Positions 20,668 through 29,417 of a stretch of 64,000 nt of DNA are shown piece after piece; position 1 is the first letter of the stretch, and every line of letters starts with the position of its first letter. The DNA comes from Candidatus Yanofskybacteria bacterium (GTDB lineage: Bacteria > Patescibacteriota > Minisyncoccia > 2-02-FULL-40-12 > GWA2-44-9): assembly GCA_016181045.1 (NCBI GenBank), contig JACPAB010000002.1:61126-125125 (forward strand), read 5' to 3'. Below the pieces are notes generated by a model, which saw only the letters and a program-made list of their open reading frames with translations, was not told the DNA's origin and did no database searches. A program made the position numbers and the translations under genes.

Positions 20668-20697
20668 AGTATATCATACCTTGCATGTATTGGTCAA
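20668..20697 (-). promoter_or_regulatory. Sigma70-type promoter with extended -10
   Basis: TTGACC-18 nt-TATACT with TGn extension. Confidence 0.7.
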
Positions 20698-20892
20698 GTC
20701 CGTCTTGAAAAGCAGACAGAAACGGCTTATTTGCTGGATTTTTAGGGCTTTTATAAAATGGATAGTTGTGATAAAATAAGTAATGCGAACTTAGCGAACT
20801 GAATGTGCGAACGATGCGAACTATTAACTAACATTGACTCGCGTGTCGGTTCGTAGTGTTCGCATAACTGTTCGTAGTTTCGCATTATATTT

Positions 20893-21687
20893 ATGTCCAA
20901 AGACTACTACACAACCTTAGGGGTTCCTCGTACTGCTTCCCAGGACGAGATAAAGAAGGCCTACCGGAGATTAGCCCATGAACATCATCCCGACAAGAAA
21001 ACGGGCGATGAGGACAAGTTCAAAGAAGTTAACGAGGCCTATCAGGTTTTGTCCGACCCCAAGAAGCGTTCCAATTACGATAATTTTGGCTTTGCCTATA
21101 ATGACGGGGGATTTCAGGGCGGCCAATACGGTCAGGGCTTTGATTTCTCCGACTTGTTCGGCGGTCGCGGCCGGGCCGGAGGCGGGGGAATGGAGGACCT
21201 CTTCGATATGTTCTCGGATGTTTTCGGCGGTTTCCGCCAGCCCCGAGAGGAAGAAGAATCAAAAGGCGAGAATTTATATTTAGAGTTGTCTATAAATAAA
21301 AAGGACTTAGGAACTACTAAAACAGTTGAATACGATTCATTTGGAACATGCGATGAATGTTTGGGGCATGGGGTTGCCAAAGGTTACAAAATCATAACCT
21401 GCAATACCTGCCATGGCACCGGCCAAATAAGATATACTTCAAGAACCGCGATGGGGATGTTTGCCCGCATTGGAGTTTGTAACACCTGCAGAGGTAAAGG
21501 CAGAATGCCTGAAAAAGAATGTTCCAGGTGCAAGGGAGCCGGAAGAATTAAAACCAAAAAGAAATTGGAAATCCGCATTCCGGAAAGTATAGAAAACAAT
21601 TACAACGTGGTTATTCCCAAAGGCGGAAACGCCGGCAAGGCCGGAAAACCATCAGGCGACCTTGTTTTGAATATTAGAATTAAGTAA
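20893..21687 (+). CDS. dnaJ: DnaJ chaperone (C-terminally short)
   Basis: J-domain HPD, G/F region, four CxxCxGxG repeats; stops after [10 protein letters not shown]. Confidence 0.9.
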   Translation: MSKDYYTTLGVPRTASQDEIKKAYRRLAHEHHPDKKTGDEDKFKEVNEAYQVLSDPKKRSNYDNFGFAYNDGGFQGGQYGQGFDFSDLFGGRGRAGGGGMEDLFDMFSDVFGGFRQPREEEESKGENLYLELSINKKDLGTTKTVEYDSFGTCDECLGHGVAKGYKIITCNTCHGTGQIRYTSRTAMGMFARIGVCNTCRGKGRMPEKECSRCKGAGRIKTKKKLEIRIPESIENNYNVVIPKGGNAGKAGKPSGDLVLNIRIK

Positions 21688-21810
21688 ACGTCTTTAATAA
21701 GTATCTGCTTCATTTACCACTTTATCTGCTATTGCCTCTAAGCCCGAAAGGATATATTTTATAAGTGTCGTATATACGACGATTATAAAAACAAAAAGCT
21801 GACTTAATAA

Positions 21811-22344
21811 ATGAAAGAAAGTTTTGTCGTAAAATTTGTTAAAGGAATTTTTGAATTTACCAATGACTTGAGTCGAGAATTGAGCCGCGTACCCTATAAA
21901 GGTTTTCGGTATAGCAACTTTAATAAATATGGTTATTCACATAATAAAACATATTCAGGTTTTAAAAACCTTGAGAATAGAAAATTGCTTAAACGTACCG
22001 GGAAAGATTCATTTAAATTTACAAAAGAAGGAATGCTTTGGCTTAATTTAGCGGTTTTCAGGTACTTTAGAAACAGGTATCCTAAATGGGATAATAAATG
22101 GCGGCTGGTAATATTCGATATTCCGGGGAGTTTAAACGTTAAAAGAGACTCATTAAGACGGAGATTAAAATATATAGGATTTGTAATGATTCAAAGAAGT
22201 GTTTTCGTGTTTCCCTATCCATGTGAAGATGAGCTGTCAGATATTTGTAAAAAACTTAAAATTAGTGATTATGTTGATGTGGTAATAGCTGAATCAATAG
22301 GATCAAGAGAAGAAGAACTTATTAAATTTTTTAAGTTAAACTAA
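21811..22344 (+). CDS. PaaX-like protein (winged helix plus Cas2-like ferredoxin-fold domain)
   Basis: WDNKWRLVIFDIP...RDSLRRRLKYIGFVMIQRSVFVFPYPC. Confidence 0.85.
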   Translation: MKESFVVKFVKGIFEFTNDLSRELSRVPYKGFRYSNFNKYGYSHNKTYSGFKNLENRKLLKRTGKDSFKFTKEGMLWLNLAVFRYFRNRYPKWDNKWRLVIFDIPGSLNVKRDSLRRRLKYIGFVMIQRSVFVFPYPCEDELSDICKKLKISDYVDVVIAESIGSREEELIKFFKLN

Positions 22345-22394
22345 GACCTAAAAAGTGAGAAGTAAATCAACTACTATACTGTCAAGACGAGTTA

Positions 22395-22436
22395 ACCTAC
22401 TTATTAATGTCGTATATACGACATTAATAAGTAGGT
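22395..22436. repeat. Perfect 42-bp palindrome
   Basis: ACCTACTTATTAATGTCGTATATACGACATTAATAAGTAGGT; its 14-bp core also occurs at 21767-21780. Confidence 0.9.
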
Positions 22437-22509
22437 ATTGAATGTTATGATTATCATATGTTATATTATGTAACAGTTTTAGTGGGTAGTTCATTGAAAG
22501 AGGTGGTAA

Positions 22510-22848
22510 ATGACCAAAGAAGCGCTTTTCGAATTTGCCGCGGAGAAGGGCTGGGACAAGTTTTTAGAGTTGGCTCACAATATTCACTCATTGCCTGAAA
22601 TTGCCGCTAAACTCAACAAGAAGGAAAAACACCTGGAGATAGAATTGCGGGCGATGTGTGCCATGGGCTTGCTACAATTGGTCAGTAAAATCCCAGGAAG
22701 GTATCGCTATTCTCCTACGATTTTAGGAATTAAATTTATGCAGGAACAAAACAAGAAAATTGGACGAACCTGTTTTTGCCAGATATGCGGGACTACAACC
22801 GGCCAACCCCATGTTTGCCCCGAGTTTTATCCAGAATTCAGAGAGTAA
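22510..22848 (+). CDS. Hypothetical protein, winged-helix-like with C-terminal CxxC...HxC metal site
   Basis: GAGGTG SD; LPEIAAKL...ELRAMCAMGLL; CQIC...HVC. Confidence 0.6.
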   Translation: MTKEALFEFAAEKGWDKFLELAHNIHSLPEIAAKLNKKEKHLEIELRAMCAMGLLQLVSKIPGRYRYSPTILGIKFMQEQNKKIGRTCFCQICGTTTGQPHVCPEFYPEFRE

Positions 22849-22898
22849 TATCGCCGACTAACATCGGCTTTTTTGTTGTCTGTGATATACTTTAGTTA

Positions 22899-23441
22899 GT
22901 GGAGATAATTAACTCTTATCTTGAAAAGTTCTCGGATTTGAACCTGGGGCCGGAGGCGCTTTTCGGCATTTTAGTCGTTGTTTTTCTTCTTCTTTACGGT
23001 TTGAGCTTGGGCCGGACCAGGGCATTGATATCTTTGCTTGGAATATACATTGCCTATGTGCTCCAGGCGATATTTCCATATTTTTCGGAACTGCATGATG
23101 CGGTCCGCGTGTCTCCGGAAATGTATCTGACCCGAATCGCCCTGTTCTTTGTTTTTTACTTGACTGTTTTTGCCATTCTCAACCGGTCGCTGGTCAAACA
23201 CCGGCTGACGATGAAAGAGTTCTCCATATTCTGGGTTTCGCTTATCAGTTTGTTCCAGCTGGGCATACTGGTATCCATTATTCTGAATTTTATTCCCGTC
23301 GATAAGCTTACGATATTTCCGGAATATCTGTTGGGATACTTTGCCGAACAAAGAGCATTGTTCTTTTGGCTGACGGCTCCGGTTCTTATTCTCCTCATGA
23401 TGCGCCGAGAAAAGAGATCGAGAAGCAGCACTCAAGATTAG
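22899..23441 (+). CDS. Integral membrane protein (CvpA-like topology)
   Basis: About 5 TM segments; TGaTATACT promoter immediately upstream of GTG. Confidence 0.7.
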   Translation: MEIINSYLEKFSDLNLGPEALFGILVVVFLLLYGLSLGRTRALISLLGIYIAYVLQAIFPYFSELHDAVRVSPEMYLTRIALFFVFYLTVFAILNRSLVKHRLTMKEFSIFWVSLISLFQLGILVSIILNFIPVDKLTIFPEYLLGYFAEQRALFFWLTAPVLILLMMRREKRSRSSTQD

Positions 23442-23502
23442 TTCGCGAAAGTAAATGTCATTACGCTCCGCCCGCCACCATATTCCAGCCCGTTCCGCAT
23501 CT

Positions 23503-23673
23503 CGCTCCCGCCAATCCCTATCCTCATCACATTTCCGCTCTCCGAACAAAAGGCATCCTCATTAACGCAAAGAACAAGAGCGCTTCGCTAATTTGTTCTT
23601 TGCTATCTCGGATGCTCTTTATGTTACCGTATCGCTCCAGGAGTGCTGATAGATAGGGATATGGCCGGAGAGC
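23503..23673. ncRNA. ~170-nt bulged rod hairpin with central internal loop
   Basis: Nested pairings GCTCCCGCCAATCCCTATC/GATAGGGATATGGCCGGAGAGC, AACAAAAGGCATCC/GGATGCTCTTTATGTT, GCAAAGAACAA/TTGTTCTTTGC. Confidence 0.55.
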
Positions 23674-24327
23674 TCGGACAAATGCTTCAAAGCGCAGGCC
23701 GACAATCCAATTGAAGACACTTGAGACCCGGCTTTTCGCATGGCGAATCCGGTTATAATCTATCTGAACCGGATTCGAAAAGCCGCCGGTCTCGGTATTG
23801 ATCCTGATGATGTCGTCCTGGTTGATGAACAGAGGAACATTCAAGGTGGCTCCGGTCTCGAGCTTTATCTGTTTTACGCCTCCCTGGGCGGTGTCGCCTT
23901 TGATTGCCGGGGGGGCTTCCATGACTTTGAGCTCCATTTTTATGGGCAGTTCTATGTTGATTATCTCGCCGTTGTATTCTATCGCGTCAAGAATAGTATT
24001 GGCTTTAAGGAATTTGGTGGCTTCGCCGATAAGTTCTTCCGTCAATTGAAATCTCTTTGAGGGCTCATTCGCCGCGGCGAACCAATATTGCTCCCTGTGG
24101 TTATAAAGAAATTTCACTTTCTTGCGTTCGATATCGGCCTCTTCGAAAACATCGGACTGGGCAAAATTTCTTTCCTGGACCTTGCCGTTTATCAGATTTC
24201 TCATTTTAACTTGCACTGTCGGCCGGCGTTGCTGCATTTTCAAATGATGGGTCTCTAAAACGACGTAGGGCTGACCCTCGTATATGAAAAAAGTTTTTTG
24301 TTTGAGTTCGTTTACACCCAGAGACAT
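23527..24327 (-). CDS. efp: Elongation factor P with aberrant C-terminal extension
   Basis: EF-P motifs (LPIKMELKV, PPAIKGDTAQGG, LETGATLNVPLFI, RINTETG); the usual EY..R end is replaced by about 86 unrelated residues. Confidence 0.88.
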   Translation of the reverse strand: MSLGVNELKQKTFFIYEGQPYVVLETHHLKMQQRRPTVQVKMRNLINGKVQERNFAQSDVFEEADIERKKVKFLYNHREQYWFAAANEPSKRFQLTEELIGEATKFLKANTILDAIEYNGEIINIELPIKMELKVMEAPPAIKGDTAQGGVKQIKLETGATLNVPLFINQDDIIRINTETGGFSNPVQIDYNRIRHAKSRVSSVFNWIVGLRFEAFVRALRPYPYLSALLERYGNIKSIRDSKEQISEALLFFALMRMPFVRRAEM

Positions 24328-24370
24328 ATTGGCTTCGACATACTACCAAATGTAGCGCTAAAAAACAAGG

Positions 24371-24997
24371 TTATTGGCCTTGTTCGATTGTGTTAAGATT
24401 TTTGACTCTTAACCAGTAATCTAGTGGCTCTTTGTCCTTTTCGTATAGTTTTCTGAGAAGTTTTCTTACGCTTCGGATCGATGTTTTTTCGACACTGAAC
24501 CCGTCTGCCTTCATTTGGTACTTGGTCGAAATTTGGTCATGCCACTCCTTAAAAAGGCCTTGTCTCCTGAATCTGTATTCCAATTTCAGCTGGGCTTGTT
24601 CCTGCGGGTCCGGTTTATATATCGCGTGTCCAAGCTCGTGGGCTATGAGCGCCTCCTGCTCATCCGGCTCCAACTGGTGATAGAAATGCATATCTAGAAA
24701 AACAAAGTAGTTCGGAGGGTCGGATTTCAAGCGTCCGTCCGAACCGAAAATACTTTTGTACGGTCCGAGGAAAATCACTATTCTGGCGGTTTTGGCGAGA
24801 ATAGTATTCCGGACAGACCTTTTCACAAAAATTGAGTGGGTAGTGGTCTCAACCCCGAAATTCTTGGCCTCGTAGATTATCTTACGGTTTTCTTGTCGCT
24901 CCAATAGGTTGTTCAGCTCGGAAAATACGGCTGCAAATACGGCTGCAAACACGCCTGCGACAAAGAGGGTGATCCCCAGTCGTTTGATTGTCGGCAT
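24371..24997 (-). CDS. Membrane-anchored zinc metallopeptidase-like protein (M48/M56-like)
   Basis: N-terminal TM; EQEALIAHELGH motif. Confidence 0.7.
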   Translation of the reverse strand: MPTIKRLGITLFVAGVFAAVFAAVFSELNNLLERQENRKIIYEAKNFGVETTTHSIFVKRSVRNTILAKTARIVIFLGPYKSIFGSDGRLKSDPPNYFVFLDMHFYHQLEPDEQEALIAHELGHAIYKPDPQEQAQLKLEYRFRRQGLFKEWHDQISTKYQMKADGFSVEKTSIRSVRKLLRKLYEKDKEPLDYWLRVKNLNTIEQGQ

Positions 24998-25047
24998 CGC
25001 CAGCCTTTCTTTAAAGAACTACTTGGCCTAATTCTACTATTAAAGAT

Positions 25048-25821
25048 TTATTTTTTGAACAGCAGGGTGATGAGGAAGATAACTCCGCTGGTGAGGACCA
25101 CGATTGGTCCGGGGTGGAGACCGAAGCGTGTGGCTATAAGAATCCCGCCCAGTCCGGAAATAGCTCCAAAAATTCCGGAGAGCATCGTATAACGGCTTAA
25201 ATTAAGCGAAATATTCTTTGCCGCCGCTGCCGGGATTATCACCAAAGCGCCCATCAGGAAAGTTCCCGTTACCTGAAGTCCTAGAGCCACGACGAGAGCG
25301 ACCATGAGTAGGAACAAAAAACTGGTCTTGGATACGTTGACGCCCGTTGACTGGGCCAGTTCTTTGGATATTACGCTTAGGGTGAGTCCGCGGTATATCT
25401 TGGCCATTATAAATAACATCACCGCGGTCAGAATTCCTGTAAGCAAAACATCCAGCAACGCTATTTCGGCTATGTCTCCAAACAGAGCTTCCAATAATTC
25501 CGTCTGGGGAGTTATTAGAATTCCAACCGCTAAGCTCAAGGCGAAAAATATTCCCACGAGGGTCTCCGACGGTATCTCTGTCTTTCTTTCCAGAAACCAG
25601 ATACCTAAAACAGCGAGAAATAATGCCCCGAATGCTCCAAAGAAAGGATTAACCTCGAAAAGCAATGCTATGGCAATTCCCGGAAGAGCGACGTGTGAGA
25701 TGACGTCTCCGACCAGAGACATGCGCTTCAGTATCATAAAAGAACCTAAATACCCCGCCCCCAGGCCGATCAGGACCCCTACCATGAGTTGAAGCAATAA
25801 AGGTTCAGTGATGATGCCCAT
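25048..25821 (-). CDS. znuB: Zn/Mn ABC transporter permease (ZnuB family)
   Basis: RMSLVGDVISHVALPG, IIPAAAA; multi-TM. Confidence 0.9.
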   Translation of the reverse strand: MGIITEPLLLQLMVGVLIGLGAGYLGSFMILKRMSLVGDVISHVALPGIAIALLFEVNPFFGAFGALFLAVLGIWFLERKTEIPSETLVGIFFALSLAVGILITPQTELLEALFGDIAEIALLDVLLTGILTAVMLFIMAKIYRGLTLSVISKELAQSTGVNVSKTSFLFLLMVALVVALGLQVTGTFLMGALVIIPAAAAKNISLNLSRYTMLSGIFGAISGLGGILIATRFGLHPGPIVVLTSGVIFLITLLFKK

Positions 25822-26539
25822 GTTCGTGTTTATAAAAACTTGCTTCTCCCCCGTAAAGTTTAGTCAAAGCCGCCGGGTCGAGCACTTCGCTGGGAATTCC
25901 GTAGCAGGTCATCTCCTTGTTGATACAGATGACGTTGTTGGCGTATTTATAAACTATATTCAGGTCGTGCGATATCAGGAGCATTGTCAAATTCCGTTCT
26001 TCTTTAAGCTTGCGCAATAAATTATAGATGGTTTCTTCTCCTCCGATGTCTATTCCCGACGTCGGTTCGTCGAACAAAAGAACGTCCGGGTCATCTAGAA
26101 CCGCCCAAGCGATAAGAACCCTCTGAAGCTGTCCGCCGGAAAGCCAGCCCAAGCGTTGCTTCAGCAGGTGTCTCGCCAGGTGGTCCTGCTCGTGGTTCTC
26201 GTCCGATATCCCTACAGAATTTAAGACACTTACTATTTTGCCCTGGTCCTTGCTTTTTATCCTGAAGAATTCCCCTACGCTTAAAGGCAGCTCTTTGTCG
26301 ATGTTCAGTTTCTGGGGGACATAGCTTAACTTTAATCCTTTAGCCCAGTTGATCTTTCCGGAGTAGGGGACAAGGCCCAACAAGGCCCGAAACAAAACCG
26401 ACTTGCCGGAACCGTTCGGGCCGATGATGGCCAAAACATCGCCTTTCTGGACAAAAAACCCGAGGTTTTTGAGTACCTCGTTTTCGTCGAACTTCACTCC
26501 CAAATTTTCTACTGTAAGGATGGTTTCGTTGTGAGCCAT
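25805..26539 (-). CDS. znuC: Zn/Mn ABC transporter ATPase (ZnuC family)
   Basis: GPNGSGKS, YVPQK, LSGGQLQR, DEPT, ISHDL; His-rich tail. Confidence 0.9.
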   Translation of the reverse strand: MAHNETILTVENLGVKFDENEVLKNLGFFVQKGDVLAIIGPNGSGKSVLFRALLGLVPYSGKINWAKGLKLSYVPQKLNIDKELPLSVGEFFRIKSKDQGKIVSVLNSVGISDENHEQDHLARHLLKQRLGWLSGGQLQRVLIAWAVLDDPDVLLFDEPTSGIDIGGEETIYNLLRKLKEERNLTMLLISHDLNIVYKYANNVICINKEMTCYGIPSEVLDPAALTKLYGGEASFYKHEHGHHH

Positions 26540-26635
26540 GGGGATTAGTGTATTAAAATGATAGCATTTTACGGAGTTGGGAACCATCACGACCGTTTTG
26601 ACAAACTCAACATTTCGTGATATATTATTTAGACA

Positions 26636-27904
26636 ATGAATAAAATCCCTAACTTTATACTGGTTGGCGCGCTTTTGGGGGGCTTTTTTGCAGCCGCTTC
26701 GGTAAGGGCCGACCAGGTTTTTCTGTTTTCCGACGACCTTTCTTTTCTCTCCAACATTGATTCTGGCCAGACATCGGCTAAGCTTGCCAATGGCAGGTTT
26801 TATACCGCCGACGATTCGGTTTCGTCTGCTGTTGCTTCGGACACGGTGGCCAACCCGTCAAAATTGATAGTGAGCGCCCGTTTGGATGTGAGTGTTTCCA
26901 TTCCGTCCGACGCAATGATAATTTACTACCTATCCAATAACGGCGGTTTAAAGTGGACACAAGTGAACCCTGGTTTTACATATACATTTGATTCGGCGGG
27001 AAACGAATTAAGATGGCGCGCAGTTATTACAAGAAATAGCCCGTTTGTCCAAAGCGCCTCTATCGACCAGATAAATATAACCTATACTGTCAGCGATTCG
27101 ATAACGCCTTCTGTTTCATCGAATTTTACCGGAGGGTCTTTTGGTTCGGTTGCCTACGGCACCGATATTAACAGTTTTCTCTGCCGGACATTGTCCTCTT
27201 TGGGCTTGAGTTGCGGCAGTGGAACTCCGGAAGCTTACCAGCCGGCAACTTCGGGATCGGGGAGTGTGATCGGTTCGGTATTCAGTCCCGGTTCAACCGC
27301 TCCGGTTAACGCTTCGGACAACTCATCCAATAATTCAGTTGGCGGTTCCAATTTAACGGCTGCCATCTATACTGCCGGCAAAAAACAGGAAGGCAGCAAT
27401 TCCGTCAACCTTGTCAGGGTTAAGGGTCGAGAGGAAATTTATGAGATTGTGGGCGGCAAGAAGCACTTGCTTCCGACGATGGACATATTTTTTAACTACG
27501 GCTTCAAGCTTGAAATGGTCCAGGACATTACCCAAAAACAGCTCGACAAATTTCCGCGCATCAAGCTTATGCGGGTAACCGGCGACAAGAAAAATACATT
27601 TTACTTTACCGAAGGCGGAATGATACGTCTCATCCCGGACAAGAACGTCTTTAATTCTTACGGAGACAGGGAAGAGGATATAATCGTTATCAGCAAGAAA
27701 GAGTTCAACTGGTATCCCCAGAACCAGTTCGTCTTTCTGGAGAATCCTCTGAACCGCGATGTCTACCAGCTGGTCAACGGTAAGGTAAAAAGATATCTGA
27801 CACAATCGGCGGTAAAGAGAATGAAGATCGATTTGGAACAGATAGCGCCGATAAACCAGGTAGAACTCTCGACATATCAGACCGACAAACCGATAATCTT
27901 GTAA
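26636..27904 (+). CDS. Secreted Ser/Gly-rich protein with C-terminal repeated cell-surface domains
   Basis: Signal peptide (...AAASVRA); three ~50-aa repeats (IYEIVGGKKH, FYFTEGGMIR, VYQLVNGKVKR). Confidence 0.7.
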   Translation: MNKIPNFILVGALLGGFFAAASVRADQVFLFSDDLSFLSNIDSGQTSAKLANGRFYTADDSVSSAVASDTVANPSKLIVSARLDVSVSIPSDAMIIYYLSNNGGLKWTQVNPGFTYTFDSAGNELRWRAVITRNSPFVQSASIDQINITYTVSDSITPSVSSNFTGGSFGSVAYGTDINSFLCRTLSSLGLSCGSGTPEAYQPATSGSGSVIGSVFSPGSTAPVNASDNSSNNSVGGSNLTAAIYTAGKKQEGSNSVNLVRVKGREEIYEIVGGKKHLLPTMDIFFNYGFKLEMVQDITQKQLDKFPRIKLMRVTGDKKNTFYFTEGGMIRLIPDKNVFNSYGDREEDIIVISKKEFNWYPQNQFVFLENPLNRDVYQLVNGKVKRYLTQSAVKRMKIDLEQIAPINQVELSTYQTDKPIIL

Positions 27905-27982
27905 TCGCTACGCTCATACACTTGGTTCGCTCGGATGAACTGAAAACAAGTTTTCAATCATCCTCGCTGCCAAGTGTAAAAA

Positions 27983-28010
27983 TAAACGGCTCACATGTGT
28001 GAGCCGTTTA
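27983..28010. terminator. Hairpin between convergent genes
   Basis: TAAACGGCTCAC-ATGT-GTGAGCCGTTTA. Confidence 0.7.
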
Positions 28011-28835
28011 TTTTAATTGCGAAATATCAAAATCAGGGTGGCCACGCAGGAATTCTTCAAAAGGCATTTCTCTTTTTCCTTCCATTTGAATTGTTTGAAT
28101 ACGAACTTTACCGTCACGGAGTTCGGCCTTTTTGATATTTATTATTTTATTGTTCCATGTTGTCCAGGTGCCGGGTTCGGGATTCAGCGCCCTTACCTGA
28201 TTGTAAATTTTTTGCGCCGGATCGTCCCAGTTTATTCTGCCATCCTCCCGGGTAAACATTTTTGTGAACGTCGCCTGGCTGTGGTCTTGTTCTTTCGGTT
28301 TTAGTTCACCGTTGATATATCCGGGCAAAATTTCTACCAGAAGTTTTGCCCCCAGTTCAAATAATTCTTTTGATGCTTGTAGGTTGTAAGTTGTAGGTTG
28401 TAAGTTGTAGGTTTTTTGCGCGAGTATGGGACCATGATCGATTTGGTCATCCATAAGTATAATAGTAACTCCGGTTTCGGTGCCTGTCCCGTAGTGTGAT
28501 TTCGGTTTATTTTTGCCGTAGGCATCCGAAATCTCTACTACGGGGTCACCATTCAAAATTGCGGTTTGAATAGGGGATGGACCGCGGTATTTCGGAAGAA
28601 GCGAAGGGTGTATGTTTATGAATCCGTATTTGGGAACATCAAGGTATCGAGCCGGAAGTATCTTGCCGTACGCGGCCACGACACAGAGGTCGGGTTTGAG
28701 CGACTTGAACTCTTGGAATACCTGCCCGTCCTTTAAAGTTGGCGGTTGAAAGCGGGAAACATTGTAACCGTTTTTAATTAATGCTTCTAAAACCGGCATG
28801 GCAAAATCGGGAGTTCCGAAAAATACAATGTTCAT
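28008..28835 (-). CDS. fmt: Methionyl-tRNA formyltransferase (with in-frame inserts)
   Basis: FFGTPDFA, VAAYGKIL, INIHPSLLPKYRGPSP, RALNPEPG. Confidence 0.95.
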   Translation of the reverse strand: MNIVFFGTPDFAMPVLEALIKNGYNVSRFQPPTLKDGQVFQEFKSLKPDLCVVAAYGKILPARYLDVPKYGFINIHPSLLPKYRGPSPIQTAILNGDPVVEISDAYGKNKPKSHYGTGTETGVTIILMDDQIDHGPILAQKTYNLQPTTYNLQASKELFELGAKLLVEILPGYINGELKPKEQDHSQATFTKMFTREDGRINWDDPAQKIYNQVRALNPEPGTWTTWNNKIINIKKAELRDGKVRIQTIQMEGKREMPFEEFLRGHPDFDISQLK

Positions 28836-28920
28836 AAATTTCTAATTATTCTAATTTCTAATTAACCTAATCAAATCCCAATACCCAATTTTAGAAATTA
28901 GAACGACTAGGTTAATTAGG

Positions 28921-29382
28921 TCAATTTTCTGCGGCACGATTTTTGATCGTAATTCCGTTCAGGTGGTCGGTCTCGTGTTGCAGGACCCGGGCCAGAAATC
29001 CTCTTACTCGGAATTTTATTTTATTTCCGTTCTTATCGACAGCTTTGATCTTTATCTTTTTCGCCCTCTTTATTGGAACATAGAACCTCGGGATTGAAAG
29101 ACAACCCTCTTCCAGTTCGTCAGCGTCTTTTGAATACTCGGTTATTTCCGGGTTGAAAAAAGTATCGGGCAGACCTGCTTCTTCGGCCAATTTTTCGTCC
29201 ACAACGAATATACTCAAGTCCTTATTTACTTGGTTGGCAGCCAGCCCGATACCCTCATTGTCCCTCATCGCCTTTTTCATACCCGAAATCAGTTCCCGAT
29301 ATGAGCCATTCTTTATGTCTTCCACAGCCACCGCAGTCATCTTTTTTGCCAGTATTTTATTGGGTATTTTCGTTATTTCCAC
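28921..29382 (-). CDS. def: Peptide deformylase
   Basis: GIGLAANQ, EGCLS, QHETDHLNG. Confidence 0.97.
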   Translation of the reverse strand: MEITKIPNKILAKKMTAVAVEDIKNGSYRELISGMKKAMRDNEGIGLAANQVNKDLSIFVVDEKLAEEAGLPDTFFNPEITEYSKDADELEEGCLSIPRFYVPIKRAKKIKIKAVDKNGNKIKFRVRGFLARVLQHETDHLNGITIKNRAAEN

Positions 29383-29417
29383 AAGTAAATAATAATCTTT
29401 TTGGGTAAAAAATTCAA

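Noticed and set aside
20256-20745. Plus-strand ORFs of 97 and 135 aa
   Set aside because: No recognisable motifs and non-ATG starts; the promoter, terminator and G-U pairing all point to a minus-strand RNA.
21700-22500. CRISPR-Cas locus suggested by the Cas2-like domain (and the Cas4-like nuclease at 38068)
   Set aside because: No repeat-spacer array and no cas1 or effector genes anywhere in the window.
23425-23790. Canonical group I or II intron, or SRP RNA, at the efp 3' end
   Set aside because: No P7 (R/S) or domain V motifs found; GAAGCAGC at 23422 lacks the SRP CAGG...GGAA partner; no convincing second exon.
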